Assembly (NCBI GenBank): GCA_963822965.1
Contig: CAWGJT010000009.1
Location: 1 to 64,000 of the forward strand
Direction of reading: 5' to 3'
Length of the DNA: 64,000 nucleotides
Source: an uncultured delta proteobacterium
GTDB lineage: Bacteria; Myxococcota_A; UBA9160; UBA4427
This document shows, piece after piece, positions 30,606-43,274 of the stretch. Both the position numbers and the translations under genes were made by a program. Numbering within the stretch: the first letter of the stretch is position 1; each line of letters opens with the position of its first letter. Below the pieces are notes generated by a model. It made no database searches and was not told the DNA's origin. It saw only the letters and a program-made list of their open reading frames with translations.

Positions 30606-31530
30606 AAAGATACGTCAACCAGTCCTCGATACTTCGGCGCCCGGCCGGACACGACGTCGAAGAACGCCGACTGCAGCGCCTCGGTGATGGGCCCCCGCGA
30701 GCCGCGTCCCACCGTGCGGTGGTCCACCTCGCGCACGGGCGTGACCTCCGCCGCGGTGCCCGTCAGGAACAGCTCGTCGGCGATGTAGAGGTCGTCGCGG
30801 GTGAGCGGGGTCTCGACGACCTCGATGCCCTTGTCGCGGGCGATCCGGATCACCGCGTTTCGCGTGATGCCGTCGAGCACCGTCGGCAGCGGGGGCGTGA
30901 AGACGCGACCGCCCCGGACGACGAAGAGGTTCTCGCCAGTGGCCTCGGAGACGAGCCCCTGGGTGTCGAGCATGATGGCCTCGTCGTAGCCGTCGAGCAG
31001 CGCCTCGCGCTTGGCGAGGATGGAGTTCACGTAGTCACCGCAGGTCTTGCCCTTGGTCATCTTGGCGTTGACGTGGTGACGCGCGAAGGTCGACACCTTG
31101 GCGCGAATGCCCCGCTGCACGCCCTCCTCGCCCAGGTAGCGCGCCCCAGGACCAGGCCATCACGGCGACCCGGATCGGGTTGTTCCCGGGGTTGAGTCCC
31201 ATCGCGCCAGCCCCGATGAACACGAGCGGGCGCACGTAGCCGGCGCGCAGGTGGTTGGCGGGCAGGATCGCGACGATGGCGTCGCGGAGCGGCCTCCTGG
31301 GAGAAGGGAATCCGGAGCAGGTTGATGTGCGCCGAGTCGAAGAGGCGCTGCACGTGGGGGCCGAGCTGGAAGATCGCCGAGCGGCCGTCGGCGGTCTCGT
31401 AGCAGCGGATGCCCTCGAAGACGCCGAGCCCGTAGTGCAGGGTGTGGGTGAGCAGATGGACGTTCGCGTCGGCCCAATCGACCAGCTCGCCGTCGAGCCA
31501 GATCTTCTCGCCCGTCACCGCCTCGGCCAC
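30604..31530 (-). CDS. ilvE: Branched-chain amino acid aminotransferase, frameshifted
   Basis: [65 protein letters not shown], likely end WLTYL-stop. Confidence 0.92.
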
Positions 31531-31643
31531 CGCAGGCCCCTCTCGTTCTCTCGTCCTCGCGCGTCGATCGGCCGTGGCTCGACCGGGTCCGCGTGGGCGT
31601 CGACGTCGCCGGCAAGGCCGATCCGGGAGGCAGGCGCCCCGCG

Positions 31644-33581
31644 TCAACGCCGCAGGAGCTTCCCGATCAGGCCGAATCCCTTGTCCTTGCGCATGTTGAT
31701 CAGCCGCAGCTCGCGCATCGCCTCGACGCAGTCGGGTCGGATCTGCACCGCCCGCGTGAACATGTGCTCCGCCTGGGCCGTGTCTCCGACGACCTTGCAG
31801 AGGCGACCGAGGAAGAGGTAGGGCTTCTCCTGATCTCGCGCCAGCTTCACCGCCCGCCGCATGTGGGCGAGCGCCTCCTGGACGACGGTGGCGTTGTCGG
31901 GGTTGCAGAGATAGAGGCTCCAGGCGTAGTGGGCCAGGTACTCGCCGTCCCGGGGCGAGGCCTCCTTGGCCCTCGAGAAGTGCCCGAGGGCGCGCTCGTA
32001 GTCCCGCTGGCGCAGCAGCGATTCGCCGTGCTGGAACTCGACCTCGGCCTGGACGGCCCGCTCGCTCTGGGCCGTCTTGGCGACGATCTTCTGGCCCTTC
32101 TTGCGACCGGCCAGGTACTCCTTGCGACGCTTGGGATCGCGCAGGGTGTCGTGCGCCCGCGTCAGGAGCTGGAAGACTTCGTCGGCGAGCTGGCGCACCG
32201 CCTCGCTGGCGTTGTTGTAGCGGTCGGGATGGGCCTTCCTCGCGAGCTCGTCGTAGGCGGCGTCGATGGTGCCGTCCGAGGCTTCCTCGGAGACCCCGAG
32301 CATCTCGAAGTAGCTGCGACCCCGCAGCCGCTCGGCCATGGAGGCGAGGTCGGCGCGCACCCGGCGCTCCTCCTCGGCGGCGCCGCCGGTCGCAGCCCGG
32401 GACGATGGCGCGCCGGTCGCTCCGGACTTCCGGGCCCGGGCCGGAGCCGGGGCCGAGGCCGAGGACGCCTCCCCCTCGAGCTCGAGCAGCTTCGCGGCCG
32501 CCAGGCCGTAGAAGGTCCGTTGCATCGCCTCGTCGTTCCCGGTCAGCTGGCCCAGGGTGTGGGAGCCGTCGAGACCCTCGATCAGGGCCTGCTCGGCGGG
32601 GCTCAGGTCCACCTCCTGGAAGCGGTAGAACGGACTGTCGGCGCGCCGCACCGGACGGTGACCGTTGCGCGCGAAGAAGGCCTGGATGCAGTCGATCGAC
32701 GTGCCGCGCCGTACGCCGCTCAGGATGATGTTGGCCGGGCTCGTGGCGAGCGCCAGCGTGTTCCCGCGCTTGAGACGGCTTCCGATCTCCAGCCGGAACG
32801 AGCCCCGCTTCCACTCGAAGATCTCGAACAGCTTGCTCTCGGCCTGGTCCTGCAGGGCCGCCGTGATCTCGTCCTCGCTGATCACGTCCATGGCGACGAG
32901 AATCTGTCCCTGCAGACCCTCGCCCTTCTCCATGCGCGAGAGCGACTCGAGCATCGCCTCGTTGGAGAGCTTGCCGCTCCGCACGAGGTAGTTCCCCAGA
33001 CACTCGTGGACGAGGTTCGACTTGACCGCCACGGGATAGCCGTCCCGAAGCTGGATGGCCTTCTTCTTCTTGCCGCTGGAGATCATCAGCACGCCCGTGG
33101 CGCGCAGGCCGTGGAGATGGTGGAGCAGGTGCGGGAACTCGACCTCGGCGAGGTCTCCCTCGACCTGGGGCCCTTCGCCCCGCTTGCGGTTGCGGGCCCG
33201 GGGCGGCGCGGCCTTCACGTGCTTCTTCACCAGGGCCCGCAGGTCGTCGAGGGCCACGGGCTTCGCGAGCAGCGCCTGGGCGCCGAGCTTCTTGGCCCGC
33301 TCCTGGTACTGGGGGGTGACGCGACTGGGGCTGGTGAGCAGGACGGGGGTCTGCCCGACGGGTCCGTCGAGCTTCCGGACCGCTTCCAGCACCGCGAATC
33401 CGTCGCGGCGGGGGAGCGTGATGTCGAGCAGGACGAGGTCCGGACGCTCCTCCCGAACGATCTGGAGGGCGTGCTCTCCGTCGTGCGCGGGAAGGGTGCG
33501 GTAGCCCTGGTCGCCGAAGGCTTTTTCGAGGATCTTGAAGAGCTGCCGATCGACGTCGGCGCAGAGAATCGTCGTGGCCAT
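31644..33581 (-). CDS. Response-regulator receiver + DUF4388-like + J domain + TPR protein
   Basis: [15 protein letters not shown] and KPV (REC); [36 protein letters not shown] (J domain); C-terminal TPRs. Confidence 0.85.
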   Translation of the reverse strand: MATTILCADVDRQLFKILEKAFGDQGYRTLPAHDGEHALQIVREERPDLVLLDITLPRRDGFAVLEAVRKLDGPVGQTPVLLTSPSRVTPQYQERAKKLGAQALLAKPVALDDLRALVKKHVKAAPPRARNRKRGEGPQVEGDLAEVEFPHLLHHLHGLRATGVLMISSGKKKKAIQLRDGYPVAVKSNLVHECLGNYLVRSGKLSNEAMLESLSRMEKGEGLQGQILVAMDVISEDEITAALQDQAESKLFEIFEWKRGSFRLEIGSRLKRGNTLALATSPANIILSGVRRGTSIDCIQAFFARNGHRPVRRADSPFYRFQEVDLSPAEQALIEGLDGSHTLGQLTGNDEAMQRTFYGLAAAKLLELEGEASSASAPAPARARKSGATGAPSSRAATGGAAEEERRVRADLASMAERLRGRSYFEMLGVSEEASDGTIDAAYDELARKAHPDRYNNASEAVRQLADEVFQLLTRAHDTLRDPKRRKEYLAGRKKGQKIVAKTAQSERAVQAEVEFQHGESLLRQRDYERALGHFSRAKEASPRDGEYLAHYAWSLYLCNPDNATVVQEALAHMRRAVKLARDQEKPYLFLGRLCKVVGDTAQAEHMFTRAVQIRPDCVEAMRELRLINMRKDKGFGLIGKLLRR

Positions 33582-33650
33582 CGGCGGCACTCCTTCGCCA
33601 GGCCGTATCGACCGGACGGCCGACCCCACTTGAGCCGCGGGTCCAGCGCC

Positions 33651-34722
33651 TCAGCGCGAGCGCGCAGAGCGCCGCCAGGCTCTCCTTGTACGGCGGCCGA
33701 GCGACGCCCTGCTCGGTCACGATGGCGGTCACGAAGCGTGCGGGCGTGACGTCGAAGGCCGGGTGCCGGGCTCGGCGCCGGGCGGCGCCAGCCGCGACCC
33801 GCGAGCTCGAGCACCTCGCGCGGGCTGCGCTCCTCGATGGGGATCGCGGCGCCGTCGGGCGTGGCGAGATCGACGGTCGGAGGTCGGTGCGGCGACGTAG
33901 AAGGGAATGCCGTGCTCGCGAGCCAGCACCGCCAGCGGATAGGTGCCGATCTTGTTGGCGACGTCGCCGTTGGCGGCGATCCGATCGGCGCCGACGATGA
34001 CCAGGTCCACCTCGCCGTGCGCCATCAGGTGGCCCGCCATGCCGTCGGTGACGACGGTCACCGGAATGCCGTCCTGGCAGAGCTCCCAGGCGGTGAGCCG
34101 CGAGCCCTGGAGGAAGGGGCGGGTCTCGTCCGCCAGCACGCGCACCCGCGCGCCCGTGCTCCACCGCCGAGCGCACGACGCCCAGGGCGGTGCCGTGGCC
34201 CGCGGTCGCCAGGGCGCCCGCGTTGCAATGGGTGAGAACCCGGGCGCCGTCGGGTCGGTCGGGCACCAGCTCGAACCCGGCGTCGCCGATCGCCCGGTTC
34301 GTCGCGACGTCCTCCGCCACGATGCGCAGGGCCTCGTCCACGAGGGCCTGCCGGACCGCCCCGGCGTCGCCCTCGCTGGCGGCGGCGGCGAGCCGGCGAC
34401 ACATGCGATCGAGCGCCCAGAAGAGATTGACCGCCGTCGGCCGCGTCTTCGCCAGCCGGGCGCACGCCTGCTCGACGTCGCGCACGAGGTCGGGCAGGTC
34501 CCGCGCCGGGCTGCGCCGCGCGGCCAGCGCCACGCCCAGCGCGGCCGCGCAGCCGATGGCCGGTGCGCCCCGCACCACCATGTCCTCGATGGCGCGCGCC
34601 ACCTCCTCGACGCTGCCGAGGGTCAGGTAGATCTCCTCGTCGGGCAGGCGGCGCTGATCGAGGAGCACGACGCCGTCCTCGCTCCAGCCCAGGGTGAACC
34701 AGCGGTGGGCCTCAGCGCTCAT
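33651..34722 (-). CDS. mtnA: S-methyl-5-thioribose-1-phosphate isomerase, frameshifted; 3' end approximate
   Basis: [70 protein letters not shown]. Confidence 0.92.
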
Positions 34723-35713
34723 CCGGCGTGTCTCCTTCCGTTCGGGTCCCGGCGTCGGTCCGGCCCGGACGGCCCGTCTCGCCGCCCCGGGTGAGCTCGC
34801 CCCGGAAGCGCTCGACGCGCAGTGCCACCTCGTCGAGGCGCAGGCGACCCCCGGCGCCGGGCACGATCCGGCCGCCGATGCTCACGCCGCTTCCCGACGC
34901 CTGCGTCCCCGCGTCAGCGTACTCGACGCGGGCGCGCGAGGCGTCGATCTGGAAGCGGCCCGGCTCCTGGCCGTCCCCGTTCGCCGGCAGCCAGGCGACC
35001 AGCGCGATGGGACCCTCGAGCGACAGCGGCGGAATCCGGATGCGAGCGCCCGAGGAGGCCAGCCGCAGAACCGACGGCTCGCCGGCGGACCGCACGAAGC
35101 GGCCGTCGTAGGTGCCGGAGAGCGAAGCCGTTCCGGACCGCCCGCTCTCGAGGAGCGGGGCGAACGCCGCGCTCTCCACGCCCTCGATCGTGACCTCGCC
35201 GACGAACCCCTGCGCGTCCACCTGCCCGAGAAGATCGATCGTGCCGCCGGTCTCGGGCCGGAGGGCTCCCTGGAGCGACCACCCGGGCGACCCCGCGACT
35301 TCCGAGAGCGCGAGCTCCAGGTCGCCCGCGAGCCCGAAGACCGACGCCGGATCGCGAGCGGGAGCCGGCGGGCCCTCGAGCCGCGCGTCCCCCGTCACCC
35401 GGACGCCGCGGATCTTCGGCCGATCCGCGAGCAGCGACGCCAGCTCGACGTCGATCCGGGTCTCACCCAGCGCCAGGCGCGCGCCGTCCTCCAGCTCCAA
35501 CACCGGCCGCGGCAGGCGCAGTCCGCCGGGCCGGAAGCAGACCCGGATCTCGCCCGGCTCGAATCGCACACCGAGCTGGGCGCGCGCGGCTCCGACCAGC
35601 GCGTCGCGCAGGGCCGGGCTCGCCTCGAGCCGCACGCGCAGCAGCAGGGCTGCGCTCGCGACGAGCAGCACCAGCGCCACCAAGACCAGCCCCACGCGAA
35701 GCCAGGCCCGCAT
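34712..35713 (-). CDS. Hypothetical N-terminally anchored beta-rich protein (AsmA-like)
   Basis: One N-terminal TM followed by alternating beta-strand pattern; packed between gatB and mtnA. Confidence 0.5.
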   Translation of the reverse strand: MRAWLRVGLVLVALVLLVASAALLLRVRLEASPALRDALVGAARAQLGVRFEPGEIRVCFRPGGLRLPRPVLELEDGARLALGETRIDVELASLLADRPKIRGVRVTGDARLEGPPAPARDPASVFGLAGDLELALSEVAGSPGWSLQGALRPETGGTIDLLGQVDAQGFVGEVTIEGVESAAFAPLLESGRSGTASLSGTYDGRFVRSAGEPSVLRLASSGARIRIPPLSLEGPIALVAWLPANGDGQEPGRFQIDASRARVEYADAGTQASGSGVSIGGRIVPGAGGRLRLDEVALRVERFRGELTRGGETGRPGRTDAGTRTEGDTPDER

Positions 35714-35723
35714 CGCGCGTCCC

Positions 35724-37237
35724 TCAGCCGAGCTTCTGCAGCAGCAGCTCGCGAACCCGGGTCGGGATTCGCCTTGCCCCGGGTCTTCTTCATGACCTGG
35801 CCCATCAGGAAGTTGATGGACTTCTGGTCGCCCTGCCGGAAGCTCGCGACGGCCTCCGGGTTGGCGTCGACCACCTGGCCCACCGCAGTCTCGATCAGGC
35901 CCTCGTCCGAGACCGCCTCCAGGCCCCGCTCGGGCCATCAGCTCCCGGGGTCTCCGCCCCGCTGGCGACGAGCTCCGGCACCAGCTCCTGGGCGCTCTTC
36001 ACCGTGAGCCGGCCCGCCTCGACGAGGCCGATCAGGTCGGCGAGAGCGCCGGGGGTGATCCGGGCGTCCTCGACCTCGAGCCCGCGCCTCCTTCAGGGCG
36101 CGCAGCAGGTCGCGCAGGATCCAGTTGGCGACGGTCTTCGGCTTGTCGCCGCCGGCCTCGGCCCGGGCCGCCACCACCGCCTCGTAGAAGTCGGCGAGCG
36201 TCCGGCTGGCCGTCAGGATGCGGGCGTCGTGCTGCGACAGGTCGTGCTCCCGTTGCAGACGCGCGCACCGCTCCTCGGGCAGCTCCGGCATGGCGGCTCG
36301 GACGGCTTCGATCTGCGCCCCGGAGATGACGAGGGGGATGAGGTCCGGATCCGGGAAGTAGCGGTAGTCGTCCGAGTTCTCCTTGAGGCGCATCACCCGG
36401 GTGGCGCCCCGCACGGGGTCGAAGGCCATGGTCGCCTGCACGACCCGGCCGCCGGCGTCGAGCACCTCGGCCTGGCGCAGGGCCTCGGCCTCGATGGCCG
36501 CCTCGACGTTCGCGAAGGAGTTGAGGTTCTTGATCTCGGTGCGCGTGCCCAGGGGGTCGCTGCCGCGCGGTCGCAGCGAGACGTTGGCGTCGCAGCGGAA
36601 CTGCCCCTTCTCCATGATCGGCGTCGGAGACGCCGATGTACCGCAGGATCGAGCGCAGGGAGCGCAGGTAGGCGCTCGCCTCCGCGGCCGACCGCAGGTC
36701 CGGCTCCGACACGATCTCGAGCAGGGGCACGCCCGGCCCGGTTCAGGTCGACGAGCGAGGCGTCGCGAGCCGGCCAGCGCGGGATCGTGGATCGACTTGC
36801 CCGCGTCCTCCTCGAGGTGGGCGCGGGTGATGCGGATGCGACGGATCTCGCCGGTCTCGCTCTCGACGTCCACGTGGCCGCCGGTGACGACGGGCTCCTC
36901 GAACTGCGAGATCTGGTAGCCCTTCGGCAGGTCCGGATAGAAGTAGTTCTTGCGCGCGAAGACCGAGCGCGGGTTGACGCGGCCGTGCATGGCGAGGCCG
37001 AAGCGGATCGCCAGCTCGACCGCCCGGGCGTTCAGCACCGGCAGCACGCCCGGCAGGGCGAGATCGATGACGTGGACGTCGTGGTTCGGCGCGTCGCCGT
37101 AGCGGACCGGCGCGGGGCTGAAGAGCTTCGAGGCCGTGGCGCAGGTGCGTGTGCACCTCGAGACCGATCACGATCTCGTAGCGATCCGACCAGGCGTCCG
37201 CAGCGCGGGCGCGGCCCGTGGCCTTCGACGCGCTCAC
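35724..37237 (-). CDS. gatB: Asp/Glu-tRNA amidotransferase subunit B, frameshifted
   Basis: [63 protein letters not shown]. Confidence 0.95.
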
Positions 37238-38713
37238 GACGGCTCCGGCGGACGGCGCAGGTGGTGATCCGTGCGCCGTTGGAAGGCGTCCGCGACGCGC
37301 AGCAGGGTCGCCTCGTCCAGCGGCCGGCCCAGCAGCTGCAGGCCCACCGGCATGCCGGACGCCGCACCGCAGGGCAGCGAGACGCCGGGAACGCCCGCGA
37401 GATTCGCGGTGACGGTGAAGACGTCCGACAGATACATCCGGAGGGGATCGTCGCTCCGCTCGCCGAGCGGAAACGCAACCTCGGGACTCGTCGGCAGGGC
37501 CAGCACGTCGCAGGCGGAGAAGGCCCGCTCGAAGTCCTGCCGCAGCAGCGTGCGCACCTGCTGCGCCTTGCGGTAGTAGGCGTCGTAGTAGCCGGCGCGA
37601 CAGCACGTAGGTGCCGAGCAGGATGCGGCGCTTCACCTCGGCGCCGAACCCCTCGGAGCGCGAGCGGCGGTAGAGGTCGTCCATGTCCCGCGCGTTCGCG
37701 GCCCGCCGGCCGTAGCGGACCCCGTCGAAGCGGGCGAGGTTGCTCGACGCCTCGGCGGTGGCGATCAGGTAGTAGGTGGCGATCGCATAGCGGCTGTGGG
37801 GCAGCGACACCTCGACGATCTTCGCGCCGGCGGCTTCGAGCTCGGCAACGCCTTCCCGCACCGCGCTCGAGCACGTCCGCGTCCACGCCTTCGCTGACGA
37901 AGCACTCGCGCGGAAGCCCGATCCGGAGGCCGGAAACGTCTCCCGTGAGCGCCGCGTCGAAATCCGGCACGGACTCGGGGATCGACGTGGAATCGCGCGG
38001 GTCGTGGCCGGCGATCTCGCCCAGGATCCACGCGCAGTCGCGCGCCGATCGCGCGATCGGTCCGATCTGGTCGAGGGACGACGCGTAGGCGACGAGCCCC
38101 CAGCGCGAGACGCGGCCGTAGGTCGGCTTGAGGCCCGTCACGCCGCAGAAGCCCGCGGGCTGGCGGATCGAGCCGCCCGTGTCGCTGCCGAGCGCCATGG
38201 GCACGATGCCCGCCGCCACCGCCGCCGCGGGTCCGCCCGAGGAGCCCCCGCAGGTCCGGGACGGGTCCCACGGGTTGTGGGTCGGCCCGTAGCAGCGAGC
38301 TCTCGGTCGAGGAGCCCATGGCGAACTCGTCCATGTTGGCGCGGCCGAGCACGATGGCGCCGGCGCGCCCGAGCCGCTCCACCACGGCGGCGTCGTACGG
38401 GCGAGACGAAGCCCTCCAGGATGCGCGAGCCGCAGGTGGTGGGCTCTCCCCGCTGGACCAGGTTGTCCTTCAGCAGCAGGGGAACGCCGTCGAGACGCGA
38501 GCGGAGCTCCCCCGCGCGCCGACGTTCGTCTGCGGCCCGGGCCTCCCGCAGGGCCGCGCCGGGCCGAACGCCCACCACGGCGCCCAGCGCCGCCCGGGCC
38601 TGGGCCCGCGAGAGTGCGGCCTCCACCAGCTCGACGGACGAGACGCCGCCCCCGTCGAGCTGTCGGCGGGCCTCGGCCAGGCTGGCCAGGGCCGCTGCGG
38701 GGTCGGCCGTCAC
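37234..38713 (-). CDS. gatA: Asp/Glu-tRNA amidotransferase subunit A, frameshifted
   Basis: [61 protein letters not shown]. Confidence 0.95.
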
Positions 38714-39014
38714 GATCCTTCCTCGTCGATCACCCGGGGCACCACGAACGCCGTACCCGCCGATTCCGGGGCGTTGGACATCGACCAGGTCCGCGTCCAG
38801 GGGCTCCACGGCCACGTCCTCCCGCAGCGGCGTCGGCAGGGCGATGGCGTGGGCGGTCGGCTCGACCCCCTCCGTGTCGAGGGCCTGGAGGTCCGCCACG
38901 TAGTCGAGGATCCGCTCGAGATCCCGCTCCATGCGCCCGGGCGCCGTCTTCGCTGAGGGAGAGCTGGGAGAGCGCGGCGATGCGGTCGACCTGCTGCCGG
39001 GTGATCCGCGCCAT
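38710..39014 (-). CDS. gatC: Asp/Glu-tRNA amidotransferase subunit C, frameshifted
   Basis: [40 protein letters not shown]; directly upstream of gatA. Confidence 0.9.
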
Positions 39015-39084
39015 CGGGCGCAGAGGCTACCAGAGCGGTCGCGTTTGCGCCCGACCCCGCCGCCGCTTACCTTCGCGCGCCTAC

Positions 39085-40524
39085 ATGGCCGAACTGACTG
39101 AACTTTTCTCGCAGCTTCCCGAAGACATCCAGACCGCCCTGCAAGAGCTGGGCTGGTCCACGCCCACGCCCGTCCAGGCGAAGGCGATCCCGCTCATGCG
39201 CGACGGCGGCGATCTGATCATCCAGGCGCAGACGGGCAGCGGCAAGACCGGCGCCTTCGGGATCCCCATCGTCGAGTGCATCGACGTCGAGCAGCGCACC
39301 ATCCAGGCCCTCGTCATGCTGCCGACCCGCGAGCTCGCCAACCAGGTCGCGAACGAGCTTCGCATCCTCGGTGCACACCGCGGCGTGAAGGTGCTGCCCG
39401 TCTACGGCGGCGTCGGCTACGGGCCGCAGATCGAAGCCCTCGAAGGGGGCACCCACGTGTCGTCGGCACGCCGGGCCGCATCCTCGACCACCTGGGCAAC
39501 GGCCGCATGAGCCTCCAGGACGTGCGGGTGCTGGTGCTCGACGAGGCGGACGAGATGCTCTCGCTGGGCTTCTGGCCCGACATGCGGGAGATCGCGGGCT
39601 ATCTGCCCGAAGAAGCGCAGCTCCCATCTCTTCTCGGCCACGATTCCCGAGAAGGTGCGGTCGCTGTCGCGCTTCTTCCTGCACGACGAGACCTACGTCG
39701 CGCTCGACGAGAGCCAGCACGGCCCCCAGCAGATCGAGCACTTCTACTACGTCTGCCCCGCCGCGGAGAAGGAGGCGCTGCTCGCGCGGATCCTCGAGTA
39801 CGAGGATCCCGAGAGCGCGATCATCTTCTGCAACACCAAGGCCGACGTCCGCTTCGTGACGGGCTACCTGCAGAAGCGAGGCTTCGACGCCGACCAGATC
39901 TCGGGCGACCTCGCCCAGGCCGCCCGCGAGAAGGCGATGCGGCGCATCAAGGAAGGGAAGCTGCGCTTCCTGGTGGCCACCGACGTCGCCGCTCGCGGCA
40001 TCGACATCAGCGACCTCTCCCACGTCATCAGCTACTCGACCCCCGACTCGCCCGAGGTGTACGTCCACCGCACGGGTCGCACCGGTCGGGCCGGCAAGGC
40101 CGGCGTCGCCATCTCGCTGATCTCGGGCCTCGACATCGGCAACTTCCGCTTCATGCAGCAGGTCAACAAGATCAAGATCCTCGAGCGCAAGCTCCCCACC
40201 GAGAAGCAGCTGATCTCGCGCACGCGCGAGCGCCTGCAGGTGAAGGTGGAGCACGAGCTGCGGGCGGTCCCCAAGTCGGAGCAGACGTACATCATCGACC
40301 GCCTGATCCCGGTGGTGGAGGAGATGGCCGACAGCATCGAGGGTCGTCGCGACCTCGCCGCGGTGTGCGCCGCCTATCTGAAGGAGCACCGGCCGGAGAC
40401 GACCGTCGACGAGAGCGAGATCGAGAGCGAGAGCACGTCCCCGCCCCCGGAAGAGCCCCGCCGCCCGCGCCGCGGCGGCGACCGCAAGGGGCGCGGCCGG
40501 AGTCGCGGCCGCCCGCGACGCTAG
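39085..40524 (+). CDS. DEAD-box RNA helicase, frameshifted near 39460 and 39610
   Basis: PTPVQ, AQTGSGKT, PTRELA, LDEAD, SAT, TDVAARGID, HRTGRTGRAG, Arg-rich tail. Confidence 0.92.
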
Positions 40525-40537
40525 CCCGGCCTGCTCG

Positions 40538-41824
40538 ATGAAGCCGGAAGCGCGGCTCGCAGGCCCGCTCGGCTCCTGGTTTCCCGTCCACCTCCCCGAG
40601 CGCTTTCGCACGCCCGGCCCGTGGCTGTGGGCGGCCCTCGCGCTGGGAGCCGCCGCGCGGGCGTGGTTCGTGCTGGGAACCGGAGGCACCCTCGACGTCG
40701 ACGTGTGGGCCGGCCATGCCTGGGAGATCAACCAGAAGGGACTGATCGGCTACTACCACGGCGGCGAGTACATCTTCAACCACCCGCCGCTCATGGGCGA
40801 GATCTTCTCGCGCCTCTACGTGCTGGCGGCGACGACGGGCATTCCCTTCGCGGTGCTCCTGCGCGCGCCCTTCGCCTTCCTGGACTTCGGCACCGCGCTG
40901 CTGGTCTGGAAGCTCCTCGAAGGCGACCCGCGTCGCTTCGCCTTCCTGGCCGCCTACTGGCTGCTGCCCCTGGCGATCGTCTTCTCGTCCTACCACGGGA
41001 ACACCGACTCGGCGCTGGCCTTCTTCGTGACCGGCGCGGTGATCCTCGTCTCCCGGCAGAAGCCGCTGTGGGCGGGCGTCGTGCTCGGGATGGGGCTGTG
41101 GATCAAGTTCCCCGCGGTGCTCGCCGTCCCGGCGCTGGCCTTCGGCCTCGCCGGCTGGCGCGACCGGGCCGCCTTCGTGGCCGCCACCGGCGCCGTGGGA
41201 ATCGCGAGCTACGTGCCCGCGCTGCTGCAGGATGCGCGGGTGGTGATCGACTCGGTCTTCCTCTATCCGGGACTGCAGATCCGCTCGCCCGCGGGCGTCG
41301 CCGTGTGGGGCATCCAGGTCTTCTATCCCGACCCGCAGTCGCTTCCGGCGGACTGGCGCGACCTCTTCCGGCAGGCGGTCCGCGCGATCTACCTGGCGAA
41401 CAGCTGGATCTGCGTCGTCCCCATCGTCTTCCTCGCCTGGGCCCGGCGCGAGGCCCGCTCGCCGCTGGGCATCGCCGGCAACGTCGGCGCCAGCTACGTG
41501 GTCTTCCACGGCCTCACGAACTTCTGGGCCTTCCAGTACCTGGCCTGGGCGCTTCCCCTGTGGCTCGTGGCGGGCGGGCGCTTCACCCTGCCGGCGATGC
41601 TCGTGACCACCGCCTACGTGTACGGCCTCGACGCGTGGCTCTGCGGCGGGCTCTCCCTGGCCGGCAGCTGGGACTTCCTCGGCAAGCCGCACTGGCCGCG
41701 GTGGATCCTGCTCGTGCGCGACGGTGCCGTTCTCTTCTTCCTGGCGAGCGCGTGCTTCCTCCTCGTGCGAGACGGTCGCGAAGCCGTGCGGGACGTCCTG
41801 CGACCGCGTTCGGCGGCCGGCTGA
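40538..41824 (+). CDS. GT-C-type (GT87 / PIG-M-like) membrane glycosyltransferase
   Basis: GTLDVDVW, FNHPP, YHGNTD, IKFP, QYLAWALP among many TMs. Confidence 0.7.
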   Translation: MKPEARLAGPLGSWFPVHLPERFRTPGPWLWAALALGAAARAWFVLGTGGTLDVDVWAGHAWEINQKGLIGYYHGGEYIFNHPPLMGEIFSRLYVLAATTGIPFAVLLRAPFAFLDFGTALLVWKLLEGDPRRFAFLAAYWLLPLAIVFSSYHGNTDSALAFFVTGAVILVSRQKPLWAGVVLGMGLWIKFPAVLAVPALAFGLAGWRDRAAFVAATGAVGIASYVPALLQDARVVIDSVFLYPGLQIRSPAGVAVWGIQVFYPDPQSLPADWRDLFRQAVRAIYLANSWICVVPIVFLAWARREARSPLGIAGNVGASYVVFHGLTNFWAFQYLAWALPLWLVAGGRFTLPAMLVTTAYVYGLDAWLCGGLSLAGSWDFLGKPHWPRWILLVRDGAVLFFLASACFLLVRDGREAVRDVLRPRSAAG

Positions 41825-41834
41825 GCGCAACGCC

Positions 41835-43265
41835 ATGCTCTTCAGCTCGACGACCTTCCTCTTCGCATTCCTGCCGGTCGTGCTCACCGTGTACCTCGTG
41901 GGCGTGCGAGCGGGCGCGAGCGTGCGGATGCGCAACGCCTGGCTGCTGCTCGCGAGCCTGCTCTTCTACGCCTGGGGCGAGACGCTCTACGTGGCGGTCC
42001 TGCTCGTCTCGATCGCCGGAAACCACGTCTTCGGCCGGTTCATCGATCGCAGCGAGAGCCCCGTCGGTCGGCGGCGCGTGCTTGCGGCGGCGGTGGCCGG
42101 GAACCTCGGTCTGCTCTTCTGCTTCAAGTACGCGAACTTCTTCGCCGACGGCTGGAACGCCGTGCTGGTCCCCGCCGGCGCGGCACGCCTCGATCTGGCG
42201 CCCGTCCATCTCCCCATCGGCATCTCGTTCTTCACGTTCCAGGCCCTCACCTACGTGGTGGACGTCTACCGCCGCGACGCGCCCGCGGCGGGCTCGCTCG
42301 CCCGGGTGGGGCTCTACATCTCGCTCTTCCCCCAGCTCATCGCGGGCCCGATCGTCCGCTACGCGAGCATCGCGGTGGAGCTCCGCGAGCGGCGAGCGAG
42401 CGCCGAGGACGTGGCGGCCGGAATCCGGCGCTTCACCATCGGCCTGGGCAAGAAGGTGCTCGTCGCGAACACTCTGTCGGTCCCGGCCGACGGCATCTTC
42501 GCGCTGCCACCGGGCGAGCTGGGAGCGAGCGTCGCCTGGCTCGGTGCCGTCTGCTACGCGCTGCAGATCTACTTCGACTTCTCCGGCTACTCCGACATGG
42601 CCATCGGCCTCGGTCGCATCTTCGGCTTCCACTTTCCCGAGAACTTCCTGCACCCCTACACGTCGCGTTCGGTCCGGGAGTTCTGGCGACGCTGGCACGT
42701 GACCCTCTCGACGTGGTTCCGGGACTACCTCTACATCCCGCTGGGCGGCAGCCGGCGGGGCGCCCTGCGGACCCACGCGAACCTGCTCGCCGTCTTCGTC
42801 CTCTGCGGGCTGTGGCACGGGGCGAGCGCCACCTTCCTGGTGTGGGGGCTGCTGCACGGAAGCCTGATGGTGGCCGAGCGGCAGGGGCTCGGACGGATGC
42901 TCGAGCGCCTGCCCGGCGGGCTCGCCCGGACCTACACGCTGCTCGCGGTCACCCTCGCGTGGGTGGTCTTCCGGTCCGACGACCTGCCGCACGCGGCGGG
43001 CTACGCGGCCGCCCTCTTCTCCCCGGGCGGCGATCCCCAGGCGGTCCATCCCCTCGCGCTCTTCCTCGACGCGAAGGTGGCGCTGGCGATCGCGGCGGGC
43101 GTCGCGGGCTCGGCTCCGTGGCTCGACGCGTGGCGCGCGCGCCTCGAGCCGCTCTCCGCGGGCTGGCGGATCGCCCGGCATCTCGCGCTCGATCTGCTGC
43201 TGTGCGCGTGCGCCATGGCGCTCGCCTCCGGCACCCACAATCCCTTCATCTACTTCCGGTTCTGA
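41835..43265 (+). CDS. algI: MBOAT O-acyltransferase, AlgI-like
   Basis: MLFSS..FLFAFLP, LPIGISFFTFQ, FPQLIAGPIVR, QIYFDFSGYSDMAIG, WRRWH, GLWHGA, NPFIYFRF. Confidence 0.9.
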   Translation: MLFSSTTFLFAFLPVVLTVYLVGVRAGASVRMRNAWLLLASLLFYAWGETLYVAVLLVSIAGNHVFGRFIDRSESPVGRRRVLAAAVAGNLGLLFCFKYANFFADGWNAVLVPAGAARLDLAPVHLPIGISFFTFQALTYVVDVYRRDAPAAGSLARVGLYISLFPQLIAGPIVRYASIAVELRERRASAEDVAAGIRRFTIGLGKKVLVANTLSVPADGIFALPPGELGASVAWLGAVCYALQIYFDFSGYSDMAIGLGRIFGFHFPENFLHPYTSRSVREFWRRWHVTLSTWFRDYLYIPLGGSRRGALRTHANLLAVFVLCGLWHGASATFLVWGLLHGSLMVAERQGLGRMLERLPGGLARTYTLLAVTLAWVVFRSDDLPHAAGYAAALFSPGGDPQAVHPLALFLDAKVALAIAAGVAGSAPWLDAWRARLEPLSAGWRIARHLALDLLLCACAMALASGTHNPFIYFRF

Positions 43266-43274
43266 CGCGAGCCC

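Noticed and set aside
31057..34722. 1221-aa ORF that appears to fuse mtnA and ilvE
   Set aside because: It strings together gene fragments through frameshifts, and its middle is an off-frame reading of the REC-J gene.
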